A stretch of 64,000 nt of DNA from Actinomycetota bacterium (GTDB lineage: Bacteria > Actinomycetota > Actinomycetes > Mycobacteriales > SCTD01), in the NCBI GenBank assembly GCA_019348355.1, contig JAHWJP010000001.1, forward strand, positions 12,752 to 76,751, read 5' to 3'. A program made the translations under genes and the position numbers. The number at the start of each line of letters is the position of its first letter. Position 1 is the stretch's first letter. The notes under the pieces are model-generated. The model was not told where the DNA came from. It searched no databases and saw only the letters and a list, made by a program, of their open reading frames with translations. Shown here piece after piece: positions 1 through 8,169 of the stretch.

Positions 1-96
1 GCGCGCCATCTTGTCGGCCCAGGCTTTCGGGTCGTCCCCGAGCGTGTCGATCAGCACCCCGTAGACCGGATCGTGCTGGATGACCAGTTCGGGCAC
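1..96 (-). CDS. 5' end of an unidentified gene continuing beyond the left edge
   Basis: GTG at 96 with GGAGG 5 nt upstream on the minus strand. Frame stays open to position 1 (VPELVIQHDPVYGVLIDTLGDDPKAWADKMAR) with G/C-rich third positions. Too short to assign a family. Confidence 0.3.
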   Translation of the reverse strand, partial: MPELVIQHDPVYGVLIDTLGDDPKAWADKMAR

Positions 97-137
97 GGAC
101 GCCTCCAGGGCGAGGGGAACGGGTCGGCGCGGATGCG

Positions 138-551
138 TCAGACCAGGTCAGACGCCGTATGCCATCCACGGCGGAGGAACCCCGCTGCCATCGCGGCGGC
201 CGCCGACGTCGCGGCGAGGCAGGACAGGATGACGAAACGCTCGGCACCCCAGTACGGATTGTTCCGCCCTGTCAGCAGGCCGATCTCGTCGACGACGAGC
301 CCGGCGCCGATGCCGAACGGCACGCTCAGGTAGCGCTCGATGCCGCCTGAGCCGCCCAGAATCGCTGTTGCGCCGGCGGTCATCGCGATCGCGAGACCGG
401 GCAGGTAGTGGTGGATGCGCACATCATCGCTCCGAGGCAGACGAGGGCGCCCCCGCGCCAGCCCACGAAGGACCGGCATGCCCCGGCGCCGTTCCTGGAT
501 GTAGGTGATCTTGCGCGCCCCGGCCAGTGCCAGCGCAAAGCCGACGGTCAT
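138..551 (-). CDS. hypothetical integral membrane protein (137 aa)
   Basis: ORF track. Hydrophobic Gly/Ala-rich segments (LPGLAIAMTAGATAILGG, VPFGIGAGLVVDEIGLL, FVILSCLAATSAAAAMAAGF). No family recognised; the start may lie further upstream. Confidence 0.5.
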   Translation of the reverse strand: MTVGFALALAGARKITYIQERRRGMPVLRGLARGRPRLPRSDDVRIHHYLPGLAIAMTAGATAILGGSGGIERYLSVPFGIGAGLVVDEIGLLTGRNNPYWGAERFVILSCLAATSAAAAMAAGFLRRGWHTASDLV

Positions 552-718
552 CCCGAAGCCGGCCTGCTCAGCCGGGCTGGACGCTCGATAGCCGTCGGCG
601 AGGGTCGAAGCCAGCTGTCGCCGGCCGGGCGGCCGGCTGGCGGACTCGCCGGCAAGTTTGGGGCGAAGACAGCGTCGGATGTCTCGCCGCGGTCATGAGC
701 GGTCACGCAGACACCGTC

Positions 719-1039
719 TCATGGGTGTGGTGCAGCCAGCAGGTAGGCATGTGTCGTGAGGTCCTTCGCTCGTCGGCACCCCCGGTGGACGGGCGCGTTG
801 CTGATCCCGGTGCTGCTGCTGACCGTCTGGGGCAGCAAGCTGTGGCAGCTCCAGGCATCGTCGGAGTCACAGTCGACAGCGACGACCGAATGGCCCTGAC
901 GCGCCAGCGTCCGCGAGAGCACAGCCGCGATCGTGGACTTGCCCACGCCACCCTTACCGGACAGTCCGACCCGCATGGGGCCAGTGTCCACCATGATCAC
1001 CAACCGTGTTCTCCGGGGAGCCGACACGTCGACATCCAC
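719..1039 (-). pseudogene. truncated P-loop ATPase fragment (ParA/MinD/CooC-like)
   Basis: MRVGLSGKGGVGKSTIAAVLSRTLARQGHSVVAVDCDSD (from internal ATG at 976) is a deviant Walker A N-terminus. After about 40 residues the sequence becomes unrelated and stops at about 85 aa, whereas such ATPases are about 250 aa. No other frame continues the domain. Confidence 0.5.
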
Positions 1040-1126
1040 GTTCTGCCGACGGCGACGCGGAAGGACCGCATCGTCCGATGTGCGCGAGAGCGGATCACGA
1101 CGCGATCGTGATCTGATCGCCGCTGT

Positions 1127-1654
1127 TCAGTGTGTGTGTGCGTAGATCTTCTCCAGCTCGGAGAAGTCATGCTGGTCGGGCTGCATCCGTCTGTCCCGAG
1201 CGCCGCTGCCCAGGCAGGACTGCACGCCACCCCTGTGGTTCAGGCCAGCGACGTGGCCGAGCTCATGGCATGTCACGGCAAGTCGCGTCCCCGGGGTCAT
1301 CTCGCGGTTGGCGTTGAGAGCCACCTTGGCGGCCGTGATGTGATCGCCCGCGGTGTCAAGCGTCGTCAGACCGAGGTAGTTCCTCTGCAGGGGGCGCTCC
1401 CTAACTTCCACGCAGTCTGCCGCGACAGGGCAGTCAGCGACGACGATGAACTGGAAGTTTGGCGTTCGGTTCCAGTTCTCCGCTGCCTGGTGAACGGGGA
1501 TGCGCCCCTCGCTGCGGTCCAGCAGGTAGACGATCTTCGGCGTCTGGCCGTGGACCCAGTGCACATCGAGGGCATGCGTGGCCTCTCCCGGCAGTCCGGA
1601 CGCAACCAGCGCCAGTCCGGTCAGCGTCAACACGGTCACTCGCTGAAGTCTCAT
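1127..1654 (-). CDS. secreted zinc metalloprotease, metzincin / snapalysin(M7)-like
   Basis: Start taken at MRLQRVTVLTLTGLALVASGLPGEA (signal-peptide-like). Carries the HELGHVAGLNH motif (HExxHxxGxxH). Size is about 175 aa. Confidence 0.7.
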   Translation of the reverse strand: MRLQRVTVLTLTGLALVASGLPGEATHALDVHWVHGQTPKIVYLLDRSEGRIPVHQAAENWNRTPNFQFIVVADCPVAADCVEVRERPLQRNYLGLTTLDTAGDHITAAKVALNANREMTPGTRLAVTCHELGHVAGLNHRGGVQSCLGSGARDRRMQPDQHDFSELEKIYAHTH

Positions 1655-2040
1655 GTTGCTGGTTCTCGGCCTGGATCGGGACAACCTTGACTCTTCCTGA
1701 CACATCAGACATTGCGGAACCTCGACCAGCACGCTTCACAGCGCCGACGAAAGCACGCGCGGTCGCACAACGCGCTCCGGTCCCCCACCGTCATCCTCGG
1801 CGGCGGTATTGTCTGCACGACGCCCAGGTATGGAGGACCCGTTGCGCCCAGCCGCTCACCTGGCGGTCGCGCTGGCCGGCGCCCTGGACGCCCTGCACCC
1901 GCACGGCGAGGCCTGGGCGTCGTCCTGGACTTGCTCCGGATGTCGAGGGGCTGCTGGGCAAGGTTGCGTAGTCGCCGGGCAAGACTCCCGAGCGGTCACA
2001 GAGCCCGCCCCTGGGCTTTGGCGACGCCGCAGCTGGCTTC

Positions 2041-2478
2041 CTACGTCAGGACGAGGTCAACGGTGAGTCCGTGGGCATCGCGACCGAGTTCGTCAAGCCG
2101 GTCTTGAAGCTTTCCCAAGGCCTCGGCCAAGCCCTCTGGCGTCAACTCAGCATCCTCGTAGTCGACAATGCCGAGCCGCTCCGTTGCGAAGGCGATGCGG
2201 CACCAACCGTGTAGATCCAACTTCCGGAAGCGCGTGTTGAACTCCTCCGCCGGGCCGTCCTCGATCATGCGGCGCTCGTCGGGGGTGATGTCGGTGTACC
2301 ACCAGAGCGTCAGGACCTCGTCGGGCCGGCTGGCGCACTTGAACAGGTACTGACACCCGTTCTGCTCGATCACTCCACTGAGCGGCACGTCGTAGTAGCG
2401 GTACTGCTTGATCACACGGGCGTCGTGACTCGCCTGCCAGGGCGCAGCACCGTGCTCAACGTGGATCAAGTCCGACAT
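2041..2478 (-). CDS. hypothetical protein (145 aa)
   Basis: Intact ORF MSDLIHVEHGAAPWQ... with coding-like codon bias. Its ATG overlaps the TGA of the disrupted upstream ORF (TGATG). No family recognised. Confidence 0.6.
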   Translation of the reverse strand: MSDLIHVEHGAAPWQASHDARVIKQYRYYDVPLSGVIEQNGCQYLFKCASRPDEVLTLWWYTDITPDERRMIEDGPAEEFNTRFRKLDLHGWCRIAFATERLGIVDYEDAELTPEGLAEALGKLQDRLDELGRDAHGLTVDLVLT

Positions 2479-2855
2479 CAGATCGCTCCTCTCTTGCAGA
2501 GCCTATCCAGCAACTCGGCCTGGCTGTCACCCCAATCCCCACCTGGCCAGAACACCGAGACGTGGATCTCGGACCCCCAGCCTGGGTGTGTTCGACAACG
2601 AAACCTGCCGTCCTGAGCGTTCCCGCCTGCACGTGTCTCACAGCGTCCTTACCCGGCTTGTAGTCCTCACGCCCGTAGGCGGTCCGTAGTGCCTCACGCG
2701 AAGTGAGCTCTCCCACAGCCAGGACACGTCGAGCTCGGGTGGCTGCTCAGTGGCCGTGGCCGGTTGGTGAACCTCCACGTCCCGTCAGCCCGTCGAGTGC
2801 CGTACTGACTGATGATCATGTCATCGGGGATGTCCTGCACCGGCACATCGGACAT
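2478..2855 (-). pseudogene. small ORF disrupted by two compensating frameshifts
   Basis: ATG 2855 (MSDVPVQDIPDDMIISQYGTRRADGTWRFTNRP...) runs into stops. The middle reads in another frame (ELTSREALRTAYGREDYKPGKDAVRHVQAGTLRTAGFVVEHT). The last part returns to the first frame (EIHVSVFWPGGDWGDSQAELLDRLCKRGAI, stop 2480-2478). Total length is 378 nt, a multiple of 3. Confidence 0.4.
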
Positions 2856-3012
2856 GGGGGCGATCTCCGTGCGGTCGGACCCTGCACCGAAGTGTGGAGT
2901 CGGTGTTGGCCTACGTGGCCGCACCCGACAGTAAGCACATGTTGCGCGAGCAGGGATGCGACACCAGTGATGAGGCCGGCGGGCGACTCCCCAGCGGCGG
3001 CGCCACTTGGCG

Positions 3013-3276
3013 TCATGGCCGGTACCCGTCGGCCCGGTGCTCGCGGGTCAGCTGCTCAGACTCTCGATCGCGTTGCCGGCGCCGCCAAGCTGCGAAGGCC
3101 GCGCCGGCCGCCCCCGCGGCAATCAAGATGGGCAGCGCCGGCCCTGTCGTGGCACCGCTCTGGTCCGTGCGACGCCGACGGGCGATCATCAGCAGGAGGA
3201 GGGGAGTCAGCGAGGCGCTGGTGAGCAGGGCGGCGAACTCGGTAGACGTCTGCGTCTGCGGGAGCGTCGCTGGCAT
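3013..3276 (-). CDS. small two-TM membrane protein (87 aa), hypothetical
   Basis: From ATG 3276: MPATLPQTQTSTEFAALLTSASLTPLLLLMIARRRRTDQSGATTGPALPILIAAGAAGAAFAAWRRRQRDRESEQLTREHRADGYRP. Two hydrophobic helices are each followed by an Arg cluster, and third positions are high in G/C. The upstream part of the 159-aa track ORF does not look coding. Confidence 0.4.
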   Translation of the reverse strand: MPATLPQTQTSTEFAALLTSASLTPLLLLMIARRRRTDQSGATTGPALPILIAAGAAGAAFAAWRRRQRDRESEQLTREHRADGYRP

Positions 3277-3572
3277 GCTTCGAGGGCTACGGCTGGTTGC
3301 GGGATCCGTCACCCGGTCTGGCGAGAGACCGCTGAGGATGCCTGACGCTCGATTTCGACAGCCAGGCGAGGAGCTCCGGCCAGGTCGGAGGCTCTTCCTC
3401 CTCGTGCCAGTTGCGCATGACCCGCAGGCCGCGACCGTGAGGGCGGTATCGGCGATCAGCCGACAGGAGATCACCGAGGACGATGTGCCCACTTCGTGCC
3501 CACCCGGGCTTCCGGTGCGGAGGCGGAAGCGCCGTGAGGCTGTTTCCGCTGGTCAGGGGCCTGAGAGCTGTG

Positions 3573-3645
3573 CTCCCCCGTCTGGACTTGAACCAGAAAC
3601 CCTGCGATTAACAGTCGCATGCTCTGCCAATTGAGCTACGGGGGA
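3573..3645 (-). tRNA. tRNA-Asn (anticodon GTT)
   Basis: The 73-nt reverse complement folds as a cloverleaf. Acceptor TCCCCCG/CGGGGGA, D arm GCTC..GAGC, anticodon stem TGCGA/TCGCA with loop CTGTTAA, T arm TCTGG-TTCAAGT-CCAGA, discriminator G. CCA is not encoded. Confidence 0.95.
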
Positions 3646-3719
3646 TCGCACCGGCAGACCGGCTGCGGAGGGCAAGACTAGCGCACGGGACCGCACCGGA
3701 ACGACATGACAAGCCGCCC

Positions 3720-4913
3720 ATGATGACTGACACTGGCTGGGTGATGACCAGCGCGGAGCGGCTCTTGTCAGTCACTGCGGCGGCCGTACTCGTCGTCGCC
3801 ACGATCAGCGCAGGGACAGCCCAGACTGTCCCGACGGCAGCCGTGGTGGAGGCGGGTGACCCGGCGCCGGCCGTGGCGCCCGCGGTGCCCTCACTGTCGA
3901 CGGAAGCGGTCGCCCCACCTGCCCAGGCCGCGCCCCCGCCCGCGCCGGGAGTCCCCGCGCCCCCGGCCGCCCCTCCCCCCGCCCCGGAACAGGTCGCCCC
4001 CGCCGGACCCATCCCCGCCCCACCCGAGCCGCCGCAGGCCGGCTGCCCCGTGCGGAAGCGGCCGGGAGCCACCCCCTTCGTGGCCAAGCCGCTGCCGGCA
4101 CCGGCTGTGCCCGACGACGCGCTGCCCGCCGCGCTCCCCCCCGGTCCCAAGGCGGCCGATCTCGACGCCGTCAGCGGCAAGGGGATCTGGGTCACCAACT
4201 GGCCTGGCACCAAGCTCGACATCCCGGCCATCGTCGAGCGGACGAGACGCGCCGGACTGCAGAGCATCTGGGTCCGGACCGGCGGCTCGCGGCAGGGCTA
4301 CTACGGCGACCGCGTGCTGCCCAAGCTCGTCCCCGCCGCACACGCCGCCGGCTTGAAGGTGATCGCCTGGGACTTCCCGTTCCTGTCCGACCCGGTCCTG
4401 GATGCCGAGCGGGCCAAGGCCGCCCTCGACACCGGCATCGACGCGTTCGCCCCGGACGTGGAGACGAGCGCGGAAGGCACCCACGCGACGCCTCAGCGGG
4501 TGTCGCTCTACCTGTCGCTCGTGCGGTCCTACGCCGGCGAGCGGCCGGTGGCCGCAACCGTGCCGCGGCCGACGCCGCTGCGCCGAAAGTCCTTCCCCTA
4601 CGACGCGTTCCAGCCGTACGCCGATCTGTTCGTCCCGATGGTCTACTGGTCGTGCAACGAGCCGGGCGCGCTGGTCGAGCAGTCGCTGACCGAGCTCGGG
4701 CGGTGGCTGCCGGTGGCCCCGGTCGGTCAGGGCTACGACATGGGCACCGAGGGTGGGCGGGCCGGTCTGCCGACGCGGGCCGAGACGTGGCGCTTCCTCG
4801 ACGTCGCGAAGCGTGGCGGCGCTGTGGGCGCGAGCCTGTGGACGATCGAGAAGGTGGGCGACGGGCAGTTCGGCGCCCTGACCGACTACCCCTGGGACCA
4901 GCCCGCGGGATAG
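3720..4913 (+). CDS. secreted Pro/Ala-rich protein with a putative TIM-barrel glycoside-hydrolase-like C-terminal domain
   Basis: N-terminal hydrophobic signal/anchor (LLSVTAAAVLVVATISAG). About 100 aa of PA-rich linker, then a globular domain (GIWVTNWPG...IWVRTGG...KVIAWDFPF...FAPDVE...MVYW). The function assignment is tentative. Confidence 0.65.
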   Translation: MMTDTGWVMTSAERLLSVTAAAVLVVATISAGTAQTVPTAAVVEAGDPAPAVAPAVPSLSTEAVAPPAQAAPPPAPGVPAPPAAPPPAPEQVAPAGPIPAPPEPPQAGCPVRKRPGATPFVAKPLPAPAVPDDALPAALPPGPKAADLDAVSGKGIWVTNWPGTKLDIPAIVERTRRAGLQSIWVRTGGSRQGYYGDRVLPKLVPAAHAAGLKVIAWDFPFLSDPVLDAERAKAALDTGIDAFAPDVETSAEGTHATPQRVSLYLSLVRSYAGERPVAATVPRPTPLRRKSFPYDAFQPYADLFVPMVYWSCNEPGALVEQSLTELGRWLPVAPVGQGYDMGTEGGRAGLPTRAETWRFLDVAKRGGAVGASLWTIEKVGDGQFGALTDYPWDQPAG

Positions 4914-4983
4914 ATGGTGGACTGCGCCGCGGCGGGGTAGGGGCAGCACGAACATCCACTACTGCAAGCGCCTGGAGGCCATC

Positions 4984-5319
4984 ATGTTGAAGAAGCTCAC
5001 TTTTGCCGTCGGCTTCGGCGCCGGTTACGTCCTCGGCGCGAAGGCGGGCCAGGAGCGCTACCGGCAGATCGAGGACAAGTTCCGTGAGGTCGCCGGCATG
5101 CCGGCTGTCCAGTCCGCGACGGAGAACGTGAAGGACACCGCCACCGGCGTGGCCGAGACGGCGAAGCAGAAGGCCGACGAGCTCTCCGACAAGGCGAGCA
5201 AGAGCAAGGGCAAGGGCGCCAAGGACGACGAGGTGGTGGTCGTCGACACCGGCTACGGCTCCGCGCCGATGGCCGGCGCCGCAGCGAGCCCGACGGCTCC
5301 CGACGTCAGCCGCCCGTGA
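4984..5319 (+). CDS. small YtxH-like / stress-type protein (111 aa)
   Basis: GGAGG 6 nt upstream of the ATG. N-terminal hydrophobic helix (LTFAVGFGAGYVLGAKAG) followed by a charged Lys/Glu/Asp-rich region. Confidence 0.65.
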   Translation: MLKKLTFAVGFGAGYVLGAKAGQERYRQIEDKFREVAGMPAVQSATENVKDTATGVAETAKQKADELSDKASKSKGKGAKDDEVVVVDTGYGSAPMAGAAASPTAPDVSRP

Positions 5320-5747
5320 CCTCTCGCCTTCCGGACAAGCCTTCGGAGGCCGAGGCCGAGGGCATCCCTGATCCTGGCTTCTCCGACCCTGGGCAACTCG
5401 AGGCCGGCGACAGTGAGGCCGTCCTCGAGCCGCCGCACGACACCGCCGTGGCGGTGGACGACTTCGGGACGACGACGGCTGAGCAGTCCGACGGGGAGTC
5501 CCTCGACGGCCGTCTCGCTCGTGAGCAGGACGACGTGCTGGGCGAGGCGACGCTGGACGCGGACGAGAGTCCGGGGGCGGACACGCCGTTCGACGAGCGC
5601 GCCGGCCAGGGAGTCGGCCGCATCGTCGAACCCGACGAGGGCGCCCGCACCGACACCGAGAAGGACATGGTCGCCAGCGACGTGGGCACCGACCTCGGTG
5701 GTTACACGGCGGAGGAGTCGGCGATGCACCTCGAGCCGGAGGTCTGA
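5316..5747 (+). CDS. acidic hypothetical protein (DUF5709-like)
   Basis: GTG 5316 overlaps the upstream stop (GTGA). Highly acidic 143-aa product with coding-like bias. Confidence 0.55.
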   Translation: MTSRLPDKPSEAEAEGIPDPGFSDPGQLEAGDSEAVLEPPHDTAVAVDDFGTTTAEQSDGESLDGRLAREQDDVLGEATLDADESPGADTPFDERAGQGVGRIVEPDEGARTDTEKDMVASDVGTDLGGYTAEESAMHLEPEV

Positions 5748-5775
5748 CCCGGTTCGCACCGGGTAGGCGGGCGGC

Positions 5776-6840
5776 GTGGTGCGGCTCAAGCGTGTCTCCT
5801 GCTCCGGTCCGGGCATCCGCCGGGTCCGGCACGGCAAGGGCTTTCGTTACGTCGACGCCGCCGGTCAACCGGTGCGGGACGCCGATGTCCAGCAGCGGAT
5901 CCGCGAGCTGGTCCTGCCGCCTGCCTGGGAGGACGTCTGGATCTGTCCGGTTGCCTCCGGGCACATCCAGGCGACCGGCGTCGATGCGCGCGGCCGGCGG
6001 CAGTACCGCTACCACGATGCCTGGCGCGTCCAGCGTGATCTCGCCAAGCACGACCGCATCCTGGACTTCGCCGAGCGCCTGCCCGCAGCCCGGGAGCGGA
6101 TGCGGGCCGACCTCGTCGAGCCCGGGCTGAGTCGGCGGCGCGTCCTGGCCTGCGCCGTCCGTCTGCTCGACCTCGGCTTCTTCCGCATCGGCGGCGAGCA
6201 GTACGCGACTGAGAACCAGTCGTACGGTCTCGCGACGCTGCTCAAGCAGCACGTGACGATGGCAACGATCGCCTCGGGTGATCCGTGTGTCGTCTTCGAC
6301 TACACCGGCAAGAGCGGCAAGCTCTGGCACAAGGTGCTGGTGGAGCCCGAGGTGGGCGTCGTGGTGCGCCAGCTCAAGCAGCGACGCTCGGGCGGCCAGG
6401 AGCTGACGGCCTACCGCAGCCGACCCGGCCGCAGCGGCGTGTGGGTCGACGTCCGCAGTGGTGACATCAACGAGTACCTACGCGAGGTGACCGGCGGGGA
6501 CGACACGGCCAAGGACTTCCGCACGTGGTCAGCGACCGTCATGGTCGCCGTCGGCCTCGCGGTGTCGACCCACGCCACGAGCGAGAGCGCACGCAAGCGC
6601 GCCGTCACGTGGGTGGTGAAGGAGGTGGCCGAGCAGCTGGGCAACACTCCGGCGGTCTGCCGCGCCAGCTACATCGACCCGCGGATCGTCGACCTCTACC
6701 ACCACGGGGTCACCGTCGCTGCCGACCTCGAGGCGCTCGGAGCAGATGCGTCGTACGGTTCGCCGGCCTTTCAAGGGGCAATCGAAGCGGCCGTGCTGGC
6801 TCTGCTGCGTGAGCCGGCCGCAGCCCAGTTGGCCGGCTGA
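5776..6840 (+). CDS. DNA topoisomerase IB (poxvirus-type, bacterial TopIB)
   Basis: N-terminal GIRRVRHGKGFRYVD...LVLPPAWEDVWICP...GHIQATGVDARGRRQYRYH. C-terminal ...GNTPAVCRASYIDPRIV carries the catalytic Tyr context. Length 354 aa. Confidence 0.85.
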   Translation: MVRLKRVSCSGPGIRRVRHGKGFRYVDAAGQPVRDADVQQRIRELVLPPAWEDVWICPVASGHIQATGVDARGRRQYRYHDAWRVQRDLAKHDRILDFAERLPAARERMRADLVEPGLSRRRVLACAVRLLDLGFFRIGGEQYATENQSYGLATLLKQHVTMATIASGDPCVVFDYTGKSGKLWHKVLVEPEVGVVVRQLKQRRSGGQELTAYRSRPGRSGVWVDVRSGDINEYLREVTGGDDTAKDFRTWSATVMVAVGLAVSTHATSESARKRAVTWVVKEVAEQLGNTPAVCRASYIDPRIVDLYHHGVTVAADLEALGADASYGSPAFQGAIEAAVLALLREPAAAQLAG

Positions 6841-6886
6841 GCCCGTGTCACCGCCGGAACCTGCAGCGCACAAGCGAGCCGCCACG

Positions 6887-6892
6887 TACCGT
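6887..6892 (+). promoter_or_regulatory. putative -10 hexamer (TACCGT) of a leaderless transcript
   Basis: TANNNT hexamer 7 nt upstream of ATG 6900, with no Shine-Dalgarno sequence. Confidence 0.35.
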
Positions 6893-6899
6893 TCTGCTC

Positions 6900-8156
6900 A
6901 TGAACCGTCGCCTTGCCGGCCTCGCCGCCGGCCTTGCGGTCCTGCTCGCCGGCCCGGCCCTGGCGGTCGGCACCGCCGGCCAGCAGACCTGGCACGCCGA
7001 CCAGGCAGGGCTGCCTGGTGCCCGGGCAGCCGGCCAGACGGGCTCGGGCGTGATGGTCGCTGTCCTCGACAGCTGGGTCGACGGCGCCCATCCCGACTTC
7101 GAGGGACGGGTGCTGCCGGGAGCCGACTGCCTGCAGGCGAGCTGCAAGCCCGGTCCGGCCGCCAGCGACGCCTGCGACCACGGCACGCATGTGGCCGGCA
7201 CCGTCGCCAGCTCCTCCTTCGGCGTGGCCCCCGGCGCCCAGATCCTGCCGGTCCGGGTGCTGAGCTTCAACCCGTCCTCCGGCCAGTGCGTGGGACGTCC
7301 GGACGACGTCGCCGCCGGGATCCGTTGGGCCGTCGAGAACGGCGCCCGCGTCATCAACCTCTCGCTCGGTCCGGACGTCCCCGGCCTGTCCGTCTCCTCG
7401 ACGATCCCCAGAGCCGTCGAGTTCGCCGCGCGAGCAGGCGTGCTCGTGGTGTTCTCCGCCGGCAACGCCAGCCTGCCGATCGCCGACTCCTATGGCGGCT
7501 CCGCGCTCATCGTGGCAGCGACCGGACCGAGCGGGGAGCTTGCGACCTACAGCCAGCGCGGTACCGGCGTGGACCTCGCCGCTCCGGGTGGGGACCCGCG
7601 CACCCCGAATGTCTGCACCCGGGAGGACTGCGTCACCTCGCTGTTCCCCGGCGGCCGCTACTCCGTCGCCGCGGGGACCTCGATGGCCGCGCCCCATGTC
7701 AGCGGGGTCGCCGCGCTGCTGTTCGGGCAGGACCCGACGCGAAGCCGCGACCAGGTGGTCGCCCGGCTGCTCGACACCGCCCGTCCGCTCGAGAACGCCG
7801 GCCGGGGAAGGGTCGACGCGCAGGCCGCTGTGGGTGCCAGCGTGGTTCCCGCCACCCAGCCTTCGAGCGCGCCGGCTCCGGTCGCCGTGCCGCCGCCCGC
7901 AGCGCCGGCGCCGGCTCCTGCGCCTGCGCCGCCCGTCGATGCAGAGCCCGCCCCGGCCGCCGCCCCGCCGGCTGCACCTGGGCAGCCGGTCCCGCTACCG
8001 GCCGAGCCGCTGCCCGCTGCGCAGCCGCCGGCCGAGGTTGCCGCACCAGCTCCCACCCCCCAGGCCCCGGTCCCCGCCGGCACTGCCCTGCTGGCCGGCG
8101 CGCTCGTGCTGGGCGCCGGTGTCGGCACGGTCGTCGCGGCCCGCTCGCGGCCCTGA
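6900..8156 (+). CDS. S8 family (subtilisin-like) serine peptidase, membrane-anchored
   Basis: Signal peptide present. Catalytic Asp (VAVLDSWVD), His (DHGTHVAGTVA) and Ser (GTSMAAPHVSGVAALL). PA-rich C-terminal linker and terminal TM helix (ALLAGALVLGAGVGTVVAA). Confidence 0.9.
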   Translation: MNRRLAGLAAGLAVLLAGPALAVGTAGQQTWHADQAGLPGARAAGQTGSGVMVAVLDSWVDGAHPDFEGRVLPGADCLQASCKPGPAASDACDHGTHVAGTVASSSFGVAPGAQILPVRVLSFNPSSGQCVGRPDDVAAGIRWAVENGARVINLSLGPDVPGLSVSSTIPRAVEFAARAGVLVVFSAGNASLPIADSYGGSALIVAATGPSGELATYSQRGTGVDLAAPGGDPRTPNVCTREDCVTSLFPGGRYSVAAGTSMAAPHVSGVAALLFGQDPTRSRDQVVARLLDTARPLENAGRGRVDAQAAVGASVVPATQPSSAPAPVAVPPPAAPAPAPAPAPPVDAEPAPAAAPPAAPGQPVPLPAEPLPAAQPPAEVAAPAPTPQAPVPAGTALLAGALVLGAGVGTVVAARSRP

Positions 8157-8169
8157 CGCGCGCGGCCCG

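Noticed and set aside
1090-1112. Palindrome GATCACGA-cgcga-TCGTGATC, sharing 8-mers with the arms of the 80-bp element
   Set aside because: The arms are only 8 bp and in permuted order relative to the element. That is within chance expectation.
1809-2066. 85-aa plus-strand ORF (MEDPLRPAAHLAVALAGALDALHPHGEAW...) in the 390-bp gap
   Set aside because: G/C-rich third positions hold only for the first 35 or so codons and then collapse. It is possibly a gene fragment, but it is not supportable as a CDS.
3184-3276. LPQTQ followed by a hydrophobic stretch and RRRR, resembling a sortase sorting signal
   Set aside because: The motif lacks the Gly of LPxTG. It lies at the N-terminus rather than the C-terminus of the only plausible coding segment, so it is more simply TM helix 1 of a small membrane protein.
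2894-3634. 246-aa plus-strand ORF running into the tRNA
   Set aside because: It overlaps tRNA-Asn and the small minus-strand membrane-protein gene. It has no motif and poor codon-position pattern.
4192-6330. 712-aa minus-strand ORF, extremely Arg/Pro/Ala-rich
   Set aside because: It lies antisense to four well-supported plus-strand genes (the secreted GH-like protein, the YtxH-like gene, the DUF5709-like gene and TopIB). Its composition is typical of a shadow frame in GC-rich DNA, with no recognisable motif.
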